DNA from: an uncultured Acidobacteriota bacterium
GTDB taxonomy: Bacteria; Acidobacteriota; Vicinamibacteria; Vicinamibacterales; UBA8438
Direction: 5' to 3'
Assembly: GCA_913043225.1 (NCBI GenBank)
Contig: CAJWLU010000003.1
Location: 32,001 to 96,000 of the forward strand
Length of the DNA: 64,000 nucleotides
How positions within the stretch are numbered: position 1 is the stretch's first letter; each line of letters begins with the position of its first letter. Made by a program: the position numbers and the translations under genes. Below, piece by piece: positions 30,424 through 39,234 of the stretch. The notes under the pieces were generated by a model, which did not search any database, had not been told where the DNA came from, and was given only the letters and a program-made list of their open reading frames with translations.

Positions 30424-32790
30424 ATGCAGCATCGAGGTGTGGTTAACGCGGCGGTCGCGTCGCTGGCCGTCGTCGGTGTCTTCCTGCCCGTGGCGGTTGC
30501 GGCGCAGCTAGCTTCGGGCGGGGCCGGTCAGGTGACGGCCACGCTCGATCGCTATTGCGTCGCCTGTCACAACGACCGCCTCCGCACCGCTGAGCTGTCG
30601 CTCGAAGGGCTCGACCTGGCTCGGATTGGCGACCACGCCGAGGTTTGGGAGACGGTGGTGCGCCGGTTGCGGCTACAGACCATGCCGCCAATCGGCCGGC
30701 CTCGTCCCGAGGCCGAGGTCTACGATGCGGTCGCCAGCGAGCTTGAGGCGGCACTCGACCGGCACGCGGCCGACGCGCCCGACCCGGGGCGCCGACCGGC
30801 GTTGCACCGGCTCAGCCGGACCGAGTACCAGAACGCGGTGCGTGACCTACTGGCGTTGGACCACCTGCCGAAGGAGTTCGACATCGGCGTGATGCTGCCG
30901 GCCGACAACGCCACCAGCGGTTTCGACAACCTGGCTGATCTCCTCTTCGTCTCGCCCACGCTGATGGAGCGGTATCTTGGCGCTGCACGGAAGATCAGCC
31001 GTCTCGCGGTCGGCGACTCGACGATGCTTCCGATCGTCGATACCTATCAGCTGGACCGCAATCTCATCCAGGATCGCCACCTTGAGGGGATGCCACTCGG
31101 GACTCGTGGAGGTACTAGGGTTCAGACCTATCTCCCACTCGACGGCGAGTATCTGATCACGGTCGAATTCCCCGGCGCCGTCCGCCAGGAGAGCGATCTT
31201 GATGTCAGCGTCGATGGTGAGCGGGTGGCCCTCCTCACCGTGGGGCGGAACCCTCAGCAACGGGGTGCCAGCGGCGTGTTCACCTTCGAGGCCGAGCCGG
31301 ACGTCGAGACCCGGGTACCGCTCCAGGCTGGTCCACGCGACATCACGGTCGCCTTCTTGCCCAGAAGCGCAGCCGCCTCGGGAGGCGTGGTGCGGTCGGG
31401 TCGGGGCGGGCGAGGCCGTCAGCCATCGATTGCCAGTGTCATCGTGAGCGGGCCGTTCGGGGCTGATGGGGCGGGCGACACCCCCAGCAGGCAGCGTATC
31501 TTCAGCTGCCGGCCGGGTACCGGTGAAGCTTCTGCCGTCCGTGAAGCCTGTGCCCGCGAGATTCTGGCTACCACCGCCCGTCGGGCCTATCGCCGGCCGG
31601 TGAGCGAGGAGGACATCACGCGTCTCCTCCCGTTCTACGAGCAGGGAGTTGAGGAGGGCGGGTTCGAGCGTGGTATCCAGCGGGCGATCGAACGGGTGCT
31701 GGTCAGCCCCGAGTTCCTTTTTCGTATCGAGCGGGACCCGGCCGACGCCGCGACTGACGAGATCTACCAGGTGTCGGAGTTGGAGCTGGCCTCGCGGCTG
31801 TCGTTCTTCCTTTGGGCCAGCATTCCAGATGACCAACTATTGGAGCTGGCCAGTGCGGGGCGTCTGCGCGAGCCCGGTGTGCTCGACGAGCAGGTGCGGA
31901 GAATGCTCGCCGACCCACGGGCCGAGGCGCTGACCACCAACTTCGCCGAGCAGTGGCTGTTCTTGCGAGATATCGAACTGAAGGAGCCCGATGCCGGCTA
32001 TTTCCCATCGTTTGATGAGAACCTCCGTCAGGCATTCCGGCGTGAGATGGAGCTGTTCGTCGACAGCGTCCTGCGCGGGGACGACAGCGTGCTCGAGCTA
32101 CTGACTGCGGAACACACGTTCGTGAACGAGCGGCTCGCCAAGCACTACGGCATTCCCCACGTCTTCGGCAGCCGGTTCCGGCGGATCGAACTCGAGGAGG
32201 AGTCGCGCCGGGGGCTACTCGGCAAGGGGGCGATCTTGACGCTGACCTCCTACGCCAACCGCACGTCGCCGGTGCTGCGAGGGAAGTGGGTGCTTGAGAA
32301 CCTACTGTCGTCGCCGCCTCCTCCGCCGCCGCCTGATGTCCCGGCGCTTGACGAGACGACCGACGACGGTCGGCCGAGGTCGATGCGTGAGGCGATGGAG
32401 CAGCACCGCGCCAACCCGGCGTGCGCCAGCTGTCACGCGCAGATGGACCCGCTCGGGTTCGCGTTGGAGAACTTCGACGCTATTGGCCGCTGGCGGGTCC
32501 TGAGCGAGACGGGAAACCCGATCGACGCGAGCGGTCAGTTGCCGAGCGGCACCAGCTTCGAGGGTCCGGCAGGACTCCGTGATCAGATCCTGGCTTCGCC
32601 CGACCGGTTCGTCACCACCGTCGTGGACAAGTTGCTGATGTACGCCCTCGGGCGCAACATCGAGGCCCAGGACTACCCGACCATCCGTTCCGTCGTGCGG
32701 GATGCCGCGCGCGACCAGTATCAGTTTGCGACCATCGTCAACGGCATCGTCAAGAGCACTCCATTCCAGATGCGAAAGGCCCAGTCATGA
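30424..32790 (+). CDS. DUF1592/DUF1588/DUF1587/DUF1595/DUF1585 di-heme c protein (cassette 1)
   Basis: YCVACH...MPP; RLSRTEY; ELASRLSFFLW; SPVLRGKW; CASCH..MDPLGF. Confidence 0.9.
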   Translation: MQHRGVVNAAVASLAVVGVFLPVAVAAQLASGGAGQVTATLDRYCVACHNDRLRTAELSLEGLDLARIGDHAEVWETVVRRLRLQTMPPIGRPRPEAEVYDAVASELEAALDRHAADAPDPGRRPALHRLSRTEYQNAVRDLLALDHLPKEFDIGVMLPADNATSGFDNLADLLFVSPTLMERYLGAARKISRLAVGDSTMLPIVDTYQLDRNLIQDRHLEGMPLGTRGGTRVQTYLPLDGEYLITVEFPGAVRQESDLDVSVDGERVALLTVGRNPQQRGASGVFTFEAEPDVETRVPLQAGPRDITVAFLPRSAAASGGVVRSGRGGRGRQPSIASVIVSGPFGADGAGDTPSRQRIFSCRPGTGEASAVREACAREILATTARRAYRRPVSEEDITRLLPFYEQGVEEGGFERGIQRAIERVLVSPEFLFRIERDPADAATDEIYQVSELELASRLSFFLWASIPDDQLLELASAGRLREPGVLDEQVRRMLADPRAEALTTNFAEQWLFLRDIELKEPDAGYFPSFDENLRQAFRREMELFVDSVLRGDDSVLELLTAEHTFVNERLAKHYGIPHVFGSRFRRIELEEESRRGLLGKGAILTLTSYANRTSPVLRGKWVLENLLSSPPPPPPPDVPALDETTDDGRPRSMREAMEQHRANPACASCHAQMDPLGFALENFDAIGRWRVLSETGNPIDASGQLPSGTSFEGPAGLRDQILASPDRFVTTVVDKLLMYALGRNIEAQDYPTIRSVVRDAARDQYQFATIVNGIVKSTPFQMRKAQS

Positions 32791-34148
32791 TCATCTCCAA
32801 AATGGCGCTCCCGCGCCGGACGTTCCTGCGTGGCCTCGGGGCGAGCGTGGCGCTGCCGTTGCTTGATGCCATGGTGCCAGCCGCCACCGCGTTGGCCCAG
32901 ACGCCCGCCACTCCGGCGCCCCGGCTCGGTTTCGTCTATGTGCCCAATGGGGTCATCCAGGAGCAGTGGGTGCCGGCGGCCACCGGCTCCGGGTTCGAGC
33001 TGTCACCCATCCTGAGCCCACTGAGGCCGGTGCAGGATCGCCTCGTGGTCCTGAGCGGTCTGGCCCATCGTCAGGCCGACTCGTTCGGGGACGGGAACGG
33101 CGACCATCCGCGCGCCACGGCCGTGTGGCTGAGTGGAGTCCATGCCTGGGAACGGAATGGACGACTGGGGCCGACCAGCATCGAACTTGGCGTGACCGCC
33201 GACCAGATCGCGGCCCGGGAGCTCGGTCAGGCCACACCACTTCCATCACTCGAACTGGTGCTCGAGCGGCCGACCGCCATATCGTGCGATTCTGGCGACT
33301 GCTTCTACTCGAACACCATTACCTGGCGTGACGAGACGACGCCGCTCGAGATGGAGCCGCACCCGCGCGTCGTGTTCGAGCGGCTGTTTGGCGACGGCGG
33401 CAGCGCCGCCGACCGCAGAGCTCAGGCGCGTCACTCGGGCAGCATTCTCGACTCGGTGACCGAGGAAGCCCTGAACCTCGAGCGGACGCTGGGGGCCGGC
33501 GACCGGGGAAAACTGGCCGAATATCTCGACTCGGTCCGAGATCTCGAGCAGCGAATCGGCAAAGCCGAAGCCCGCGATGATCAGACCGAGATCGACCTAC
33601 CCGATCGTCCGATTGACATCCCGGAGGACTTCGAGGAATACGCCACACTTATGTTCGATCTGCTCGCCCTGGCCTACCAGGCTGATGTCACCCGAGTGAG
33701 TACGCTGATGATGGCCCGGGAAACCAGCCCGCGGACGTTTCCGCAGATCGGGGTGCCGGACCAGCATCACACCGTGTCGCACCACCGAAACGACCCAGAT
33801 TACATCGCCCGCAAGGCGAAGATCGACACCTACCACATCAGCTTGTTCGGGCGCTTCCTGGAGAAGCTCCGGGCCACCCCTGACGGCGACGGGAACCTGT
33901 TGGACCACTCGATGATCGTCTACGGCGGTGGTATCGGGAATGGCAACCTGCACGAGCACACAAACTTGCCGTGCCTCGTGGCGGGCGGTGGAACCGGACG
34001 GCTTAAGGGCGGGCGGCACCTGGCCTATCCGGAAGACACGCCGATGGCCAACCTGCTATTGACCGTGCTCGACAAGGCCGGGGTTCGTGCCGACAAACTT
34101 GGTGACAGTACAGGGCTCTTGAATACCGCCACGCTAGCGGACGTCTGA
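32787..34148 (+). CDS. DUF1552 (HXXSHH) Tat-exported protein (cassette 1)
   Basis: LPRRTFLRG Tat motif; YVPNG; HHTVSHH; GRLKGGRH; ATGA overlap with DUF1592 gene. Confidence 0.9.
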   Translation: MIISKMALPRRTFLRGLGASVALPLLDAMVPAATALAQTPATPAPRLGFVYVPNGVIQEQWVPAATGSGFELSPILSPLRPVQDRLVVLSGLAHRQADSFGDGNGDHPRATAVWLSGVHAWERNGRLGPTSIELGVTADQIAARELGQATPLPSLELVLERPTAISCDSGDCFYSNTITWRDETTPLEMEPHPRVVFERLFGDGGSAADRRAQARHSGSILDSVTEEALNLERTLGAGDRGKLAEYLDSVRDLEQRIGKAEARDDQTEIDLPDRPIDIPEDFEEYATLMFDLLALAYQADVTRVSTLMMARETSPRTFPQIGVPDQHHTVSHHRNDPDYIARKAKIDTYHISLFGRFLEKLRATPDGDGNLLDHSMIVYGGGIGNGNLHEHTNLPCLVAGGGTGRLKGGRHLAYPEDTPMANLLLTVLDKAGVRADKLGDSTGLLNTATLADV

Positions 34149-34150
34149 TC

Positions 34151-35224
34151 ATGAAGCGCATCATCCTGGTTGAGACAGCGGCAGTGGTGCTACTCGTGGG
34201 GGGCATCGCCGCAGCGCAGGGCGATATCCCGCGCATGGCGAGTGGGAAGCCCGATCTGTCGGGAACCTACGACGCGGCCACACTGACGCCGTTGCAGCGG
34301 CCCACGGGCCTCGGCGAGAAGATGGCGCTGACCGACGAGGAGGCGGCCGAGCTGGCCGAGGGGATGCGGCAGGCGATGGCTGCTGCCAACCAGCCCAGTG
34401 ACCCGAACCGAGGTGCCCCTCCCGATGGCGGCGACGGGTCGCTTGGAGCGTCCGGTAACGTAGGTGGTTACAATGCGTTCTGGATTGACCCAGGGTCTGG
34501 TGCCTATCAGATCGACGGGCAGTGGCGGACCTCCATCCTGATCGATCCCCCCAACGGCCGGTTCCCGCCACGGGCGGCGGGTGCGCCCACCCGGAGCTTC
34601 AGTGGCCGCCAGAACGACGGCACCGCCTACTGGCTCGAGGATGGGCTCGACGCCGAAGGTCCCTACGACAACATGGAGCAGAGGCCCTACGCCGAGCGCT
34701 GCCTGCTCAGTTTCGGGTCCACCTCGGGACCACCGATGCTGCCGTCGCTCTACAACAACTTCAAGCGGATCGTTCAGAGCGAGGACACGGTCATCATCCT
34801 GGCCGAGATGGTGCACGATGCTCGCATTGTCAGGATGAACACCGAGCACGATCCACCGCACATCAAGAAGTGGCTGGGCGATTCGATCGGTTGGTGGGAA
34901 GGCGACACGCTGGTGGTCGAGACAACCAACTTCATCGACCGCCCCGCGTTCAGCCAGGGGACGGGAAGCATGACCGTTACCGAGCGCTTTCGCATGGAGA
35001 GCGCCGGCCAGCTGGTCTACAGCTTCACGGTCGAAGATCAGACGGTGTGGACCCGTCCATTCACCGGAGAGTACGCCTGGCCGCGTAGCCCTAACAAGCT
35101 ATTCGAGTACGCCTGCCACGAGGCGAATTACGCTCTGGAGGGCATCATGAAGGGCGCCCGTCTGCTGGAAGCGGAATTCAGAGGCGAAGAGCCGGAAGGT
35201 GTCGCCAATCCCACCGGCCGCTAG
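34151..35224 (+). CDS. Exported EYACHE-family protein
   Basis: PDLSGTY, ERCL, EMVHDARIV, GDSIGWWEGDTLVVET and EYACHEANY. Confidence 0.85.
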   Translation: MKRIILVETAAVVLLVGGIAAAQGDIPRMASGKPDLSGTYDAATLTPLQRPTGLGEKMALTDEEAAELAEGMRQAMAAANQPSDPNRGAPPDGGDGSLGASGNVGGYNAFWIDPGSGAYQIDGQWRTSILIDPPNGRFPPRAAGAPTRSFSGRQNDGTAYWLEDGLDAEGPYDNMEQRPYAERCLLSFGSTSGPPMLPSLYNNFKRIVQSEDTVIILAEMVHDARIVRMNTEHDPPHIKKWLGDSIGWWEGDTLVVETTNFIDRPAFSQGTGSMTVTERFRMESAGQLVYSFTVEDQTVWTRPFTGEYAWPRSPNKLFEYACHEANYALEGIMKGARLLEAEFRGEEPEGVANPTGR

Positions 35225-35266
35225 TTGATGATGGCCACATCATTGCTTGGGGTGTCCGGGCCAGTC

Positions 35267-36127
35267 TCATAGACTGCGGCGTCGAACACTGTTGCCGAGT
35301 TGACGAGCTTCGGCGAGTAGCGCCTGGGCGGCCTCAGCTAGCGGTCGCGATGTCGCCGTCTCGGCCGTGGCGGGAGGACTCTCGGCGATCGCGGCCTCGG
35401 TCTCGCCCGGGTCGCCTAGTCCAGCTCCGCGCTGGCGTGCGATTTGTTCCCGCAGCTGGTCGCGGATGGCCCACGCATCCTCTAGACCGCGGAAGTGACC
35501 GACGTGTAAGTTGTTTCCGCCGCTCCCGTCTCCTTCGTCAGATTTGCCCCCGCCTCCCGCCGTGTGCACCTCGAGCTCCGCAAGGCCGAAGAGGCGGTGC
35601 AGCGGGTCTTGCCGAATCTTCATGTTCTGGATGTTGGCGACCGTCATCGTCTGCTCGCGTAGTTTCCAGAGCCCTTCGCGGATCCGCAGGCTTTCGTCGC
35701 TCACCATGTACCAGTGCATCTCCCAGCGGAGGGTGACGAGCAGTCCCGAGAACACGAGCTGGGTCACATACCCAGTGATGGCCAAGCTTTCGAAGAAAAG
35801 GAGGATCTGGGTGCCGCCGAGCTCCACCCCAAGGATGCGGTCACTGATCCGGCCGATGACTCCCTGGCTCCGTTCGACGATGCCTAGGACCTCTTCCGGT
35901 GGTGCCTCACCGGTGTTAGGCATGAAGACGGGCAGTTCGCCACCGCTGAAGAACGACAGCGAGACGATGATACCGATGAGACCGCCGATCTGCGCCAGTG
36001 CCCACTGGATGCGGCGCACGGTCAGGTACCGCCGCGAGGCTCGGAAGACGTTGAGGCTGGGACCGGCATTGGGGGGTGGGGCCGGCTGCTCGGACACCCT
36101 TAACCACCGCAGCACCCTGTCCTTCAC
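35267..36127 (-). CDS. Bacterial PH-domain (bPH_2) membrane protein
   Basis: TM segments, then IREGLW...NIQNMKIRQDPLHRLFGL..LEVHTAGGG. Confidence 0.8.
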   Translation of the reverse strand: MKDRVLRWLRVSEQPAPPPNAGPSLNVFRASRRYLTVRRIQWALAQIGGLIGIIVSLSFFSGGELPVFMPNTGEAPPEEVLGIVERSQGVIGRISDRILGVELGGTQILLFFESLAITGYVTQLVFSGLLVTLRWEMHWYMVSDESLRIREGLWKLREQTMTVANIQNMKIRQDPLHRLFGLAELEVHTAGGGGKSDEGDGSGGNNLHVGHFRGLEDAWAIRDQLREQIARQRGAGLGDPGETEAAIAESPPATAETATSRPLAEAAQALLAEARQLGNSVRRRSL

Positions 36128-36690
36128 CGTGATGGCTCCGTTCCATCGCCGGGGCCACCGGTTGCCCGCGCCTCGAGGGCCCGCCGAAGTGCCGCTAGCT
36201 CGCGCGTCGTCGCCTTGAGTGCCCTTGCCACCGCTACCAGCTCATCGGCGCTGGCCGTCTCCGCCAGAGGCGGCGTCGAGTTTGAGCCTGATCGCGCCCC
36301 CCGCATACGGTCGTAGAGATAGTCCCGAACCTGCTCGTACTCAAGGAGCCCTTCAATCATCATCTCGGCCTTGGCGGAGCCGCTGGCGGTTTGGAGTTGC
36401 ACACGACCCAGACCGAGCCAACGTTCGAAGGCGTTGCTCTCTAGATGGATGTCCTGCAGACGAGCGTAGGTCAGACTGATGTCCTTGCGGAACAGGATCC
36501 CCCAGCGCATGTTCACGCCTTCATCGTCGAAACGGTAGCGGAGCGTCCGGTAGCGGAGCCAGCTCGCTAGCGCCGCGATCGGATAGAAGGGACCGGCCAG
36601 CAGCGAGGCGAGCAGGTAGTACTTCAGGAGGTTCGGGTGTGGCCGATCGATCGTGCTTACCTGCAGGTCTGGGGTAACTGGGGTGTTCAT
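36124..36690 (-). CDS. Bacterial PH-domain (bPH_2) membrane protein
   Basis: WGILFR...RLQDIHL...ERWLGL..VQLQTASG; ATG at 36690. Confidence 0.8.
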   Translation of the reverse strand: MNTPVTPDLQVSTIDRPHPNLLKYYLLASLLAGPFYPIAALASWLRYRTLRYRFDDEGVNMRWGILFRKDISLTYARLQDIHLESNAFERWLGLGRVQLQTASGSAKAEMMIEGLLEYEQVRDYLYDRMRGARSGSNSTPPLAETASADELVAVARALKATTRELAALRRALEARATGGPGDGTEPSR

Positions 36691-36902
36691 TACTCGCATC
36701 CAAGGGCTCTGGCCTGGTCGATACGCGGGGTCGAGAAGTCGTTGGCTCCGACGACGCCGAGATCGCCGTAGTCTTGATCGCCGGCCAGGATCAGCACGAA
36801 ATTAGGCTGGTTGGCCGGTGGGAACGTCTTTGGGTCGCGCCCCGCCGCGCCGCTGCAGCCAGCCAGGGCGAAGGCGAAGAGGACGCGCACTCGAGGCGGC
36901 AT
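36690..36902 (-). pseudogene. Truncated arylsulfatase N-terminal fragment
   Basis: LAGC lipobox, then PNFVLILAGDQDYGDLG...TPRID, then a stop after 70 aa; canonical form is PNxxxIxADDxGYGDLG...TPNID. Confidence 0.7.
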
Positions 36903-37252
36903 GAGCAGCCTGAGTCTACTGCGCCGGGACAGGATCGGCGTACCGGTTCTTCGACCCCGAGATGCGGTCGTAAGGGACCAAGTTGACGGCCCATCGTTCA
37001 CGACTGCGTCGGAGAAGAACCGGACTCTGACCACCCTTACCCTCGCCTGGTAACCGGTAACCATCTAACCTAGGAGCTGCGCAGCGGCCGGTTGTGGCTC
37101 CGTCTTGGTCGGCGAGTAACCGTTCGCTGGTCCTGCCTGTCCAAATAGATCAGACGGTCCGGAAGATCCGGACCCCGCGGAGGGTCTCGATCCACAGGGG
37201 GCGACGGTCTCCGAAGTAGGTGACGCTAGCGCCTGACGTTAAGGGGTGCGTG

Positions 37253-37636
37253 ATGACGGTTCAAAGATGGTCTCGACGGGCGTTCGTGGGATTTGCGACG
37301 GCAGCCATGCTGCTGATCTCGGCCGATCTCACCCTGGGCCAGCGACGGACGGTGCGGCATCACCGGCATGGACATGTCGTGAAGACCCTGCCGCGTGGGC
37401 ACGCCAAGGTGGTGGTCCGAGGTGTGACATATCACTCGCGCGGCGGCGTCTTCCATCGACCCCAGGCTACGGGGTGGTTGGTGGTGGCCCCACCGATGGG
37501 CGCTGTGCTCACCGCGCTGCCGCCTGGGGCGCGCCTTGTGCGGGTGAAAGGGGTGCGAGATCACCTCCATAACGGCGTGCACTACCGTCCTATGATCCGC
37601 AACGGCGTGTCGGTCTACGTCGTCGCGCGGCTCTGA
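37253..37636 (+). CDS. DUF6515-like exported protein, His-rich
   Basis: LP.G...VVVRGVTY...GVF.RP...VVAPPMGA...LP.G two-repeat pattern. Confidence 0.6.
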   Translation: MTVQRWSRRAFVGFATAAMLLISADLTLGQRRTVRHHRHGHVVKTLPRGHAKVVVRGVTYHSRGGVFHRPQATGWLVVAPPMGAVLTALPPGARLVRVKGVRDHLHNGVHYRPMIRNGVSVYVVARL

Positions 37637-37643
37637 CGAAGAG

Positions 37644-37678
37644 CGAACCGGGTGGCGTGCTCACCGCCGCCCGGTTCG
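37644..37678. terminator. Strong GC hairpin downstream of CDS (terminator-like, no U-tract)
   Basis: CGAACCGGGTGGCG/CGCCGCCCGGTTCG 14-bp stem (one G-U pair), 7-nt loop. Confidence 0.4.
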
Positions 37679-37712
37679 TCCGACCGGCGGCCCGTGATAC
37701 TTGATCTGGGCG

Positions 37713-38921
37713 ATGTCTGATCAAGTTACTTCCGCTCCCCGCCCGCTCGACGGTATCCGTGTCGTCGATCTCAGCCGTGTCGTCTCCGGTCCGTACTGCA
37801 CCATGCAGCTCGCCGACATGGGGGCCGAGGTCATCAAGATCGAGGAGCCGGGGCGGGGAGACGAATCGCGCGCCTTCGGCCCCCCGTTTCATGGCGGTGA
37901 GTCGCCCTACTACCTGTCGGTGAATCGTAACAAGCGGAGCTGCACCCTGAATCTCAAGAGCGAGGCGGGGCGCGAGGTGCTCTGGCGTCTGCTCGATCAG
38001 GCGGATGTGGTGATCGAGAACTTCCGGCCGGGCGCCGTGGCCAGGCTGGGGTTCGACTATGCGACGGTGTCCGCACGCTGTCCGCGGCTGATCTACTGTT
38101 CTATCTCCGGGTTTGGCGACAGCGGACCCGACGCCACCCGCCCCGGGTACGACCTGGTGGTACAGGGCGAGTCGGGATTGATGGATCTCACCGGCGAGGA
38201 AGGCGGACCGCCTACGCGGATCGGCACCTCGATCTGCGACCTGACGGCCGGCGTCATGGCCACCCAGGGCATCCTGCTTGCACTCTATGCCCGCCACACC
38301 ACGGGGCGCGGTCAGCAGGTGAAGGTGGCCATGCTCGACGCCATGGCCTCGTTCCTCACCTACACCGCCGGCATCTACTTCGCGTCCGGTGAGGTGACGA
38401 CCCGTCGGGGCAACGACCATCCTTTCGTGGTGCCGTACCAAACGCTCCGCGCGAAAGACGGCTGGATGAACCTCGGGATCGCGAACGACTCGCTGTGGCG
38501 GCGCTACTGTGACGCTATCGAGCGGCCCGATCTCCGGGATGATCCCCGCTTCGCGTTGGCACCGGATCGAGTGAAGCACCGCGACGTGCTCGTCCCGATC
38601 ATCGTGGAGCTGTCGGCCAGCCGGACGGTGAAGGAATGGGTGCAGCTGCTGGGCGAGGCCGGTGTTCCCTGTGGAGCGATCCGGAACGTGGGGGAAGTTT
38701 GCGAGCACCCGCAGCTTCTGGAGCGAGGTAAGGTCGTCGACGTTCCGCATCCCACTGCGGGCACGGTCAAGCTGATGGGGATGCCGATCGAGCTGAGCGA
38801 CACGCCGGGGCGTATCGAAGCCCACCCGCCACTTCTTGGCGAGCACACCGAGGAGGTGCTCGAGCAGGCCGGCTACTCTGACGTCGAGATCGCCACCCTT
38901 CGAGCTGGCGGGATCGTCTAG
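37713..38921 (+). CDS. CaiB/BaiF class III CoA-transferase (formyl-CoA transferase-like)
   Basis: PLDGIRVVDLS, NRNKRS, ENFRPG and GYDLVVQG. Confidence 0.92.
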   Translation: MSDQVTSAPRPLDGIRVVDLSRVVSGPYCTMQLADMGAEVIKIEEPGRGDESRAFGPPFHGGESPYYLSVNRNKRSCTLNLKSEAGREVLWRLLDQADVVIENFRPGAVARLGFDYATVSARCPRLIYCSISGFGDSGPDATRPGYDLVVQGESGLMDLTGEEGGPPTRIGTSICDLTAGVMATQGILLALYARHTTGRGQQVKVAMLDAMASFLTYTAGIYFASGEVTTRRGNDHPFVVPYQTLRAKDGWMNLGIANDSLWRRYCDAIERPDLRDDPRFALAPDRVKHRDVLVPIIVELSASRTVKEWVQLLGEAGVPCGAIRNVGEVCEHPQLLERGKVVDVPHPTAGTVKLMGMPIELSDTPGRIEAHPPLLGEHTEEVLEQAGYSDVEIATLRAGGIV

Positions 38922-39234
38922 AACGTGCTCCCGGCGATTCGTCCGTCCGGACGGTGTTTCGACCGCTGTTACAGCCACCCCGGCTGCGCCCTTGGCCGCG
39001 CGTGACCAGACGAACGACTTGCCGGTCTTGCTCAATCCCCACACCCCGAATCGCCACGCGCGCCTCCAGCCGGCCGACACCTGTGGGCGTCTAGCAGCCA
39101 GAGGAAGGGACGGCGTCTGTGCGGTCACGGTCGGTGGGAGGAGCACGCCGCCGGCAGGCGCGAAGACCAGGCGCGCTCGAATACGCATAGGGGTGTTGTC
39201 CGGCACCTAAGGGTTGGCGCGTATAATCGGGCCG

